Source of the DNA: Asterias rubens | Lineage: Eukaryota | DNA length: 64,000 nt | Assembly: GCF_902459465.1 (NCBI RefSeq) | Contig: NC_047083.1 | Coordinates: forward strand, 1,736,001-1,800,000 | Direction: 5' to 3' | Shown here: positions 10,388 through 21,158 of the stretch, in pieces | Numbering within the stretch: position 1 is the first letter of the stretch | Layout: each line of letters begins with the position of its first letter | Notes under the pieces: model-generated | The model's input: the letters and a program-made list of their open reading frames with translations, nothing else | The model's database searches: none | Told to the model about the DNA's origin: nothing | Position numbers and translations under genes: made by a program

Positions 10388-13300
10388 TCAGACCCCAAAG
10401 AAGTTCTTGACGGTCTCTACGAGGTCGTTCTTCTTGCCAGCGGAGGCTAGGCCATTCTTTGTACAAAACTCCTTCAAGACAGCAACAGTCAGCTTTGCAA
10501 GCTAAAAGAACAAATCAAAAACGAGGTCAATCAGAGGTCAATCAGAGGTCATAGTTCAAGTTAAAAAGACATCATTGGCATTTTTGAGAGAGAACTTTAG
10601 TAGTTGTCAAAAAGACAAGAATCAACATTTTATGTGAACCATGAAATAACAAAGGCCTTGTAAGTGTTAGTGGCAAGTGAAAACTTGGATGCGCATGCGC
10701 ACGTGTGCTGTGACTGGACTAGTGTTCATAATTTCATGTAGAGCCACGGGCCTGCTTTAATCATGGTGATAGAGCCCCTTTAAAAAGCAACTTTGGTTTT
10801 ATTTCCAGAAACATATGGCCATATTATTCAAAATTTCTGTACCTTTCCATCTTGTGCATATTGATTCATATCAACGTCAACCGTGGGTTTGGGCTTCTTA
10901 GGATCACCACCTCCCACCTAAAAAGAAAAGAGAATACTTTGTCAAATCAAACTCAAGAGAAATATCATATCTTGATACCTTACACTATGGCGTAATGTGG
11001 CTGAGAGGTTTAGCACACCGGACTCAAGCTCTGGTGTTTCTGATTAGCAGAGTGTGGGTTTGAGTCCCGGTCATGAAATGGCGTGTTGTGGCTGAAAGGT
11101 TTAGCACACTGGACTCAAGCTCTGGTAATTCTGATCAGCAGAGTGTAGGTTTAAGTCCTGGTCTTGAAATGGCGTGTTGTGGCTGAGAGGTTTAGCACAC
11201 TGGACTCAAGCTCTGGTGTTTCTGATCAGCAGAGTGTGAGTTCGAGTCCCAGTGCCGCTGCCGAGTGGATAAGAACACCGGACTCAAGCTCTGGTGTTTC
11301 TGATCAGCAGAGTGTGAGTTCGAGTCCCAGTGCCGTTGCCGAGTGGATAAGAGCACCGGACTCAAGCTCTGGTGTTTCTGATCAGCAGAGTGTGAGTTCG
11401 AGTCCCAGTGCCGTTGCCGAGTGGATAAGAGCACCGGACTCAAGCTCGCGTGTTTCTGATCAGCAGAGTGTGAGTTCGAGTCCCAGTGCCGTTGCCGAGT
11501 GGATAAGAGCACCGGACTCAAGCTCTGGTGTTTCTGATCAGCAGAGTGTGGACTGAGTCCCAGTCGTGACACTGGTGTCCTGAAGCAAGACACTTAACCA
11601 AAGCAGAACTGGTCCCTTGTGTTATGTCATGCACGTAAAAGCAGTTCTATGACAATTGGCACTATGATTTAATTCAATTAAATTCAATGATAGTCTATTT
11701 AAGCCATTATACACAGAAACAAAAAAAATGTTCACAGATTTACAAATAATTTACAGGGTTTACAGAAGGTAATGGTGATGACTTCTCTTGAAATATTAGT
11801 CCATGAAATACTTTACTTTTTGAGAAAACAGTAAAACAATATCAATTCTCGATAGCAAAAATTACGGATTTATTTAAAACACATGTCATGACAGGGCGAA
11901 ACGTGCGGAAACAAGAGTGGGTTATCCCGTTATTTTCTCCCGACTCCGATGACCGATTGACCCTAAATTTTCACAGGTTTGTTATTTTATATATATGTCC
12001 AAGTGTGGGACTTGGACAATACTGTTTCCCGAAAATATATAATGGCTTTATCTTAAAAACATACCCTGGTGAAATAAGTGAAAAAAAAATATTTTTAGAT
12101 TATTTTATGTCTAGCAGTTTGAAACTAAATTGGTTATGTATAGAGAAGATTAGCTCTTCATTATGCTGTGAGTTACCTTCCGCTGCTTAGCACCGGGTTC
12201 ATATCCCTCCGGGAAGACCAGCTCCTTAAATTCCTCAAGAACCTTTCCAGCCCTTTTCTTGATCATTTCATTGTTAGGCGCTGTGGATAGACAAAAAATA
12301 GGGTTATGCATCTATGCTTTTTTTCCTAAACAGTTCAGCGGAATTTGTGCTTTTTTTCGGTCAACCGTTTCTAACAATTTTCTCTTAGCCACATGTAAAA
12401 AAGAAACTTAAATTTTTGATGTTGAAAATGTGGGTGGCTGGGTTAAAAGAAAAATGAAACTCAAAATTAATTTGTTACTAATATAATAAACAAATACATA
12501 TAGAAATGAACAACCGTAAACAAAGAAGAAAAAATACTTGTGAATAAAGCCCGATATTGATGTTTTTTGAGAAGCCATTATACACAAAAAAAATTCACAG
12601 ATTTACAAATAACCTAAAGGGTTTACAGAGGGTAATGGTGAAAGACTTCTCTTGAATTATTATTATTATATGAAACGCTTTACTTTTTGAGAAAACATTA
12701 AAACAATATCAATTTTCGATAGAGAGAATTACGGATTTATTTTAAACACATGTCATGACACGGCGAAACTTGCGGAAACAAGGGTGGGTTTTCCTTTTAT
12801 TTTCTCCCGACTCCGATGACCGATTGAGCCTAAATTTTCACAGGTTTGTTGTTTCATATATAAGTTGTGATACACAAGGTGTGGGCCTTGGACAATACTG
12901 TTTACCGAAAGTGTATAATGGCTTTAATTATTAGACTTTACTGACCTGTAAGATCTGTGATTTCTTCAGGTTTGTCTCGATCGAGGGCCAGTGCCTCCAG
13001 GTTGCGGTAATGCGTCTGCAGAACCGGGTTCTCAAAGTTCTCACTCCTGAAGTTGAACTGCAGCTTCTTCACAACATCCTTGGCTTTTTTGATTTGAGCA
13101 ATGGTGGCTGCAAAAAACAAAAACACGGCAGACAAAAAAAAAATCATTATTAAGATTGTTAAAAACAAAAATAAATAAACATAATAATTATGTATGTCAA
13201 ATAAAGTAATCAAGGCGCTTGAACAAACAGAAACACTTTAAAGAAAAATGAAACTCAAAATTCATTTATGCAACAAACACATATAGAAATGAACAACTGT

Positions 13301-16300
13301 GTGAAGCGAATATCATTGCGTCACAATCGTAAAAGGGGTGCGTGCCGATTTTTGCGACACATAAATTCGCTTCGCATTTGCATTCACAGGAAGTATGAAC
13401 CGGGCTTAAGACTGGTTTTAGGAAACTTTTGAATTAGGAGATCGCAATATGAAGCACCTGATAAGAGTTTACAAGGTACTTCAGTTATTCAGCAGCCACT
13501 TCCAGACACACCAGAGCAAACCCTTGCTCTTAGCATGTAACTCGGCAATATCCTCAAGATCTGAGACTATGTGACAGAGTTTGATCCAACCGCATAAAAG
13601 AAAACAATATCTTTCATTTGTGGATCGTGATAACAAGAAATCATACCAATCCTCTAACAGTCAATCTTTTCCCGACTGCTACCCTGTCGTCTCACCTTGA
13701 GTTGGCTCCGGAAGGGTGAGTTTTCGGAAATCCTCCGAGAAGGGAAGGAACAAAAGATGAAATCCAGGAGGCGTCACCTGGACATTGTGATCGTCAAGTT
13801 CTTCTTCCTAAAATATAAATGAGAATTTGTCAGACAGAGAATGCAATAAACAGATTTTCTCACAAAAAGAACACAATCTAATGTTTGAATGTGGAGTATC
13901 ATTGCTGTGCCTTAAAGACAGTGGACACTATTGGTAATTGTCAAAGATTAGTCTTCACAGTTGGTGTATCTCAACATATACATTACATAACAAACCTGTG
14001 AAAGTTTGAGCTCAATCGGTTGTCGAAGTTGCAAGATAATAATGAATGAAAAAACATCCTTGTCACATGAAGTTGTGTGCTTTCTGATGCTTGATTTCGA
14101 GACCTCAAATTCAAAAACTCGAGGTCTTGAAATCAAATTCGTGGAAAATTGCTTCTTTCTCGAAAACTACGTCACTTCAGAGGGAGCTGTTTCTCACAAT
14201 GTTTTATACTATCAACCTCTCCCCATTACTCGTAATCAAGATAGGTTTTATGATGATAATTATTTTGAGTAATTACCAATAGTGTCTACTGCCTTTAAAG
14301 CCCCTCTAGCTTCAAATACCGGTTATGGTGAGTGATTCCTTTGGCAATACCCAAATAACCAATATTGCTTCTATTCATCCCAGTATAGTAACGGGCAAAT
14401 GCACAGGGCTAAGATGGCATGGTGTATTTTTTTAGTGTAAACGAGTCTTGAACTAATCAATTTCCTAGGGAGTTGAGCATGCAGGAAGAAGCTTTACCAA
14501 CATTAATGGCAAGCCTTTTCTTGATTATAAGAATTTCCGAGTTAGTAGGCCACCAAAACTAGGAAACTACACATTCTCTTAAGTGATAAGGGAGTGTGTT
14601 TACATTGTCAATACATGGGTTATTCAACTTTAAGGAAGAGTAGTTTATCTGCCTGGGCAGTCAGCAGCCATACTGGTTTGTTTTTGATCCAATTACAAGA
14701 ATATTGTCCACTGGTATGACAAGGAACTACATGGAGATAACAGGTGTGAGTTGGTAAAGACGAAAAGGTTGTGTTATTCTGGCTTCTTTCTTTAATGGAG
14801 CTTTACCGTAATGAGGTACCATACCAATGCTGTACGTTATCCCAATGACTTTACTCACCTGCGGCATAAGTGCAACAAACACAGGCGGTGTGTTTTTCCG
14901 TGGAATATACCGGCAAATGGCGACGACTTCCCTCGCAAGACATCTCTTCAGGAGAGCAGCGAAGAGACTCGTGCTTCCTCTGACGACGTTCTCATCGGGG
15001 AAGAGAAACTGAGCTGGCTGCATGTAGTAGTGACGCTTTATGGCACTGCGAGGTTTAAAACCCATGAGGAGCAGCCCTAGGAATGATTGTAAAGTAAGGC
15101 ACACTATGAGGTAGGTTCTGATGGGACGCTGCATTTTCCCTCAATGTTTCAGTGTATGGGATGCGATGAACAGGGTTTGGCCTTAAATTTTTCAGTGACC
15201 AAGGCCCGGTTTCAGGTTTCAGGTTTACTTCCATACCATTAGGCAGTGTAATATAAGGGAAAACTACTTATCGGAACTTAATAATAGTATGGGGATGTCG
15301 CAGACAAGAAGCCTAAGCTTGTACAAGGTCTGGCCTCTTCAAAAAGAATACATATAAATACGAAGATAAAATCATGAGTTTTGAAACGTTGCAAAGCACA
15401 ACAAAACTATGCTTACCAAAGTACCTTACCAAAGTACCAGCCAGGTTACCAGCCAAACTACAATGTCACATGTACCATTTGTGACTGGTATCCTGTACAT
15501 TTCGCACAACCTGAAAGTTCTATGCTCGGATTTGAAGGTACGAAGAGCGAACTTTTTAAATAATTTTTTTTTCCCTTCAAAACTTGAGATCATTAATTGA
15601 GATTTTTTTTATCATTTTGTATTACCTGATTCACCAAAGTTCTTGATCTCTGCTAGTTCTTCCTTTTCACAGACGATGTTCTTTCCGCCGTAGACCTGAT
15701 ACTTGGTGATGTCTGTTGGCATCAATAATTCCCCGGTGTCCTACGATAAGTAACGAGTAATGGGGAGAGGTTGATAGTATAGAACATTGTGAGAAACGGC
15801 TGCCTCTGAAGTGACGTAGTTTTTGAGAAAGAAGTAATTTTCACAGAATTTGATTTCGAGACCTATAGAGTTTGAGGTCCCGAAATCAAGCATCTGAAAG
15901 CACACAACTTTATGTGACAAGGGTGTTTTTTCTTTCATAGTTATCTCGCAACTTCGACAACCAATTGAGCTCTAATTTTCACAGGTTTGTTATTTTATGC
16001 AAGTCTTGAGATACACCAAGTGAGAAGACTGGTCTTTGACAATCACCAATAGTGTCCAGTGTCTTTAGAGGTAGTGTCATTGGTTGGTTCTCGTCAATTT
16101 AATGATATAGGCAACACTCTCAAGAAATATACAATAAAAGTCACCTGTACAAGTTTCAGTTAATAAACAAGAATATTTCAGCCGATACACAAAACAAAAT
16201 TAAAATAATAAATAAATAAAATAAATACATAGTCTTTGGCCAATTTACACCTACCTCACAGAACATCCGTGACTTTGGCTTTAGCTGCTCGTTTGTTTTC

Positions 16301-19300
16301 TTGTAAAGTTTGACGGGATATGGTTTGTTTTGTTGCCTGACAAGGTTGTACCTATGTAAAAAAAACAAACAGAGTATCTATCTCTGTTAGCAGTTCCTAA
16401 TTTCTGTACGGAATCCATTAAAATCATTAAAAAAAAAGTGGAAGATGTTAAATGTTCAGACAGCAGGAGGGTTGACTGTGTACTGTGTAAATGCAATCGC
16501 CACATGATTTCATACTACAAGCTGGCATTTCCTCTGTCATTCAAAACCACAATGGATGATATTAATTGGTCAGACAGTAGGAGGGTTGACTGTGTACATT
16601 GTTGATGCATTCATCACATGATATTATACTGCAGGCTGGCATGGTTGCCATAGTTTCTTTCATGCACGCGGAAGCCAGCCGGTTATAAACACTGGTCATT
16701 ATCAACCGTTTAAACACCCCCACGTGACGCGCTCTCCACCAATAAGAGTAGAGAAACTGTCTGGGGTATTTATGAATGATAGATAAACTATGCCAGCTGT
16801 ATAGTATGTGGTGAATCAATCTACTCAGCACACAGGTAAAAATAATAGAGGTAGCTTACACTCCAACTCCAAGCTCCAATCCTTCACCGAGAGTCAAGGC
16901 CAGCTTGCCCAAGGAGCGTTTCTTGTGATCCTTTGCTCTAACCCTAATCAGCAGCTCCTCAAACTTCTCCGCTGGGTCTGGAAGTACCCCGAGGTCTTCA
17001 TCGTCTGGAGAAAATACTATATCCTGGAACAAACAAAACTTGGGTAGTAAGACGACGGCGTCTGTGCATGACACCTAACCATGAATTCCTTCTCTTCACC
17101 TGGGTGTAAATAGGTATGTGTGAGAGTTTGTTGTGCTTTATTTAATTAAAATACCAAGATTTGCTTCACTTCACCTGGGCCCAATTTCATGGCTCTGCTT
17201 ACTGCCGAACTCTGTGCTTACGATCACCATTTTTAGCTTACTTAGCAAGAATTGAATTTCTGCACTAGCTGTGCGAGTGAAGAAAGCCTAGTGACATAAA
17301 GTATGCGTGCTCAGAAGCCAAAGTTCCCTGCTAACCGTTGAAACACGCTTGATGTAAGGGGCCGAATTCCCTGCTTCTTTGCTTTCGGTACGCAGAGCCA
17401 TGAAATTCGGCCCAGGTTCTAAAAAGAGGCAAGTGAGAGGGTTAAATGTACTGATCTCTAACCATAAATTGCTTCTCATCACACAGGTGTACAGATATGT
17501 TCCTGAAGACAGTACCTGATAGAATTTTGAGAGGTCAAACTCTTTGCCGGGCTGTGTGAGATGCATCAGCTCAACATCAATTCCGATCTCGTGAAGATCT
17601 TTGGCTTTTGTCTTGGCTTGGCGTTGGGTGGCCAAGTTGTTGGGGTGAGGGTCGTCATTGTTTGTGAACAGAAGAACTCTCTTATGGCCAATCTTCTGTG
17701 TGCTGAGCAAACCAAAAAAGCAGTAATCTTTAGTTCCTTTGCACAGGGGAAAACATCATGAAAGCCTGTAAGCAGATATGTTCTGCTTACAGGGAGCCCT
17801 TTCAGCAGAATTATATATCACAAATATTGGTTTCAATAACTTTTGACAGTTTTGCTTTATTACACTGAAAAAAAAAAAAAAAAAAAAAAAGATAATTTGT
17901 ATATCTATCTTGTTTTTCACATAAGAGACCAAATTGGCACTTATTGGCACAAACCTGCCCAATATGCAAGATTGTGCATGGGGAGAAACCTTGTGATAAA
18001 TTTTAACATTGAAATACCTTTGAGAAAACATGTTTGAGCAGGTCCACAGAGCGTCACTGAGTGAGTACCCCGAGTTATGTCCATACGCCGCCTCAAAATC
18101 AAAACCATCTGAGGAAAATCAAACAAATATTTTCAATTCTAATGAAGTAATGAAGAATGATAGAGAAATACTCAAGAAGAAGTGGTATGTGGTAACAAAG
18201 TGGTCCCCAAAAAAATTTGAATACACATGCGACCTTCACTGTATATTGAGATATAATTGTGTATGTTTGCAATTGGAGAGGTAAAAAACTTATAATAATT
18301 TCTTACCCTCCAATAACGTTTCAAGTTCGAGGATTCTGGCTGCACTTGGTTGGTCAAGATCCTTTGGATAAAAAAAAAAAAAACAGGAAATAAATATAAA
18401 CAAATAAACAATAAACAAAAACACAAAATAAAAAATAAAAACAAACCCCCAAAAAGGCAAATCATTTTCTGATCAGTTTAGCATGGGGAAGTTGGTACAC
18501 AAGTTTTACACAACTGTGTTTTTAAACAAAACAAGTAGAGTAAAATCATAGAGCTATATATATTGACTAGAGCGCTAACACCCCGTTATACACGCACTAA
18601 AGTTTTGAAGCCATGTACAAACCAATACAAAAGCTTGAAATTTTCAACGGCAATTGTACGGCTATTTGCATGATCGTGCGTCTGTTTTTTTTGATGTGCC
18701 ATCGAAGCAAAAAATGCAGTAAATGTGAACGCACAATCTGCTGATCAACGCACAATCTGCTGATCAGCGCACAAACTGCGAGCGTCATGTGCGTCATGAT
18801 TAAAAGGCGCGTTTACTTTTTTTAGTACGGCAATCAAGTCGAAGTTACGGTTTTCATAGCGCGGACGTACCGAGTGGACAGCTGCGAATGTAAAATAATC
18901 GCGGCAATGTGTGTTCTCTTAAAATTCCGAATTCACGCAACACACCAAACATGTCTGCGCCCAGGGTGGCTTCAAAACGCAGATCAAGTTAGCGCTCTAG
19001 TCAATATATATAGCTCTATGAGTAAAATCTAACTAAAAACTTTTGGCACAAAGGATATCAATAATGTTACCTGTAGAACGTAGACATGCTCGAAGTTGCC
19101 GCTGTTTTGTTTCTTATCCGTGCCGAAGAAGACTACTCCGAGCAGATCCTTGTCGCTACTAATGATCTTATTGGTTAACACGCTACGTGCACACTGTACA
19201 AAAAAATGAATCAATTGAAATCTAAGCCTAGTACAGCACAAAGGTCACAGCGAGCAGCACAAAGGTCACAGCGAGCAGCACAACGGTCACAGCGAGCAGC

Positions 19301-20185
19301 TAAGAACAACATCATTGATTGAGGATACCGGCCAAACTTTTAAAAGGTGTTTATCTTTAGTTGTAAAAGCCCTCCTGTGAAATCTGAGGCATTCTAAATG
19401 TTTTTTTTTTTTTTTTTTGTAATAGGCCTATTGATCTGAAAAAAAAATAATAAAAAATACAAGTTTATGTTTTGCGTAGCGGCTGCCATTTGACAAACTA
19501 ATCGGGCCGATACAACCGAAACGAGTGCTGATGCGCACTTAAAGGGAAGGTACACGTTTGGTAATTAATTACTCAAAACAAATATTAACTTAAAAACTGA
19601 CTTGGTCATGAGCATTGGAGAGCTGTTGATAGTATAAAACATTGTAAGAAATGCTCCCTCTGAAGTAGCATAGACTCTGAAAAAGAGGTAATTTCTCACT
19701 AAAATAATAAAAGACTTCTAGCCAGAAGTCTTTTATTTCTATCTGAAATCACACAAATTCGTCCAACAAGGGTATTTTTTTCTCTCATCATTTTCTCGCA
19801 ACTTTGATGACCAATTTAGCTCAAATTTTCACAGGCTGAGCATGGGGAAGAGAACACAATCATTCTTTTTTTTAATCATGAAATAATAAACATAAATATT
19901 CAAAATTTTAGAGAAGAATCTTTGGTGAAGCAGAATCTTTTTCAGAATCGTTTTCAGAATTTAATAGAAATGGGTGGAAAACAGGGTAGGGGTCCTTACC
20001 CTCATGCAAAGCTGGAAATGGCTGTCTTCCCCGGGTACGCTCTTCTTGGTCATTGGTTCCCCACAGTCTACCAGGAAGATTAGACTGTCTTTGTTAGTGT
20101 AGGTTTGCTGGTACCCACCCTCACCATCCTCATCTTCATCACCGCTACCGTCGGCATAGCCAAAGGGTTGACCCCAATTGCTCAT
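10388..20185 (-). CDS. XRCC6: Ku70, NHEJ DNA end-binding subunit (vWA, beta-barrel core, C-terminal SAP domain), 600 aa
   Basis: 14 GT-AG coding exons, all phase-compatible: 20000-20185, 19071-19193, 18307-18361, 18018-18108, 17516-17702, 16860-17023, 16255-16351, 15626-15740, 14859-15076, 13696-13807, 12946-13107, 12177-12280, 10843-10917, 10388-10501 (1803 nt). Ku70 motifs: [81 protein letters not shown]. Confidence 0.97.
10989..11640 (+). repeat. Tandem array of 7 tRNA-Leu(CAA)-like SINE heads followed by one SINE body
   Basis: Units start 10989, 11080, 11171 (91-bp spacing), then 11254, 11332, 11410, 11488 (78-bp spacing). Most carry an A box (TGCCGAGTGG/TGGCTGAGAGG), ccggactcaagctctgg arm and B box GTTCGAGTCC; the B box is degenerate in the first two and last units. 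Single-copy relatives at ~46305-46470 (-), 57945-58060 (+), 7850-7935 (-). Confidence 0.85.
18547..19020. mobile_element. 474-bp non-autonomous DNA transposon, perfect 33-bp TIR, 8-bp TSD (P/hAT-type)
   Basis: TIR CATAGAGCTATATATATTGACTAGAGCGCTAAC at both ends; AGTAAAAT duplicated at 18539-18546 and 19021-19028; in XRCC6 intron between coding exons 2 and 3. Confidence 0.85.
19541..19835. mobile_element. Kolobok-like MITE family C (TTAAAGGGAAGGTACAC), truncated
   Basis: Same internal modules as family A. Other pieces at 46880-47058 + 48376-48573 (one copy split by an insertion) and ~56985-57223. Confidence 0.65.
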
Positions 20186-20939
20186 GATTTATGTACTGTC
20201 AAAACAAATAAATAAATTTGTATACTAGCTGTTCAAACGAGCTAGGCCTGCCCTCCAAATGTACAGTATGGTTATTAATAAATAAGGTATTGGTAGGGAT
20301 TGTCAGTTAAAATATGAATGTTTCAAAAATCTATAACAAATTACACCCCTATATGAACCAGGACCCCTGCACAAAGAGTAGTATGAGTAGCTAAAACACA
20401 ACAATGCTTCAAATGAGTTAGTCAATAGTCAGTGCTTTGCCGGTTGGTACGTGCTAGTGTAGTGTGCGCACTCATCAGCATTCATTCCCCTCTTTCTCAA
20501 TCAAAGTCAAAAAGACAACAATGAACAATAAATTAATCTCTCTCTCTGTCTGAGTCTGATTGATTAGGAAACTAATGGAAGTAATATTGCTGGTAAATTC
20601 TATATATCCTAAATACACAAAATCTAACCCAGAATTGTGAACAATTAATAAATAACGTTGTAAAAGCTAACACAGCTAGTTGTATGCAAAAACTAAGGTT
20701 TAACTATTTTTGTCACGAAATAGATAAAACACAAAGGCAACGATAAGGTTTAACTCGACAAAATTTCAACACTCTCCAAACTAATTTTACAGAGCTTAAT
20801 TCTAATACAAAACTACACAAAATGTCCTTGAGTATTACATATTGCTTCCCAGTTTCATTTAACTTTAATCTGATATTTAAAAAAACAAGAAACTATGATG
20901 AAAATAAACAGACGAGACTTCAGTGTGACTTGCCTTCCC

Positions 20940-21110
20940 TTGCGTGCCGCTCTAAGCGTGACCTCTGACCCGTAACATATATGACGTAAAAATTATAACC
21001 AATGAGAGAACTGTGACTGAGTAGCTATGCATATTCATTACAATTAACTTTTCCCAACTTTTCGCGCCACTAGTAGTAGTACTGAAGTAGGAGGTGTGGA
21101 TATGTGAAAG
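20940..21110. promoter_or_regulatory. Bidirectional promoter shared by XRCC6 and M1AP
   Basis: Start codons 973 bp apart and divergent. Motifs: TGACCTCTGACCC (20959-20971), TGACGTAA (20982-20989), CCAAT (20999-21003), E2F-like TTTTCGCGCC (21059-21068). Confidence 0.65.
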
Positions 21111-21158
21111 TGCCTAATTTTCGAGTTTTGTTTACTACTTTCCAAAGGGAAAATCTTC

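Noticed and set aside
10989-11565. Cluster of real tRNA-Leu genes
   Set aside because: No acceptor-stem pairing, altered variable arm, and continuation into a SINE body.
11164-11593. 130-aa repetitive ORFs on both strands
   Set aside because: By-product of the 78-bp (26-codon) SINE-head period; no splice or expression support.
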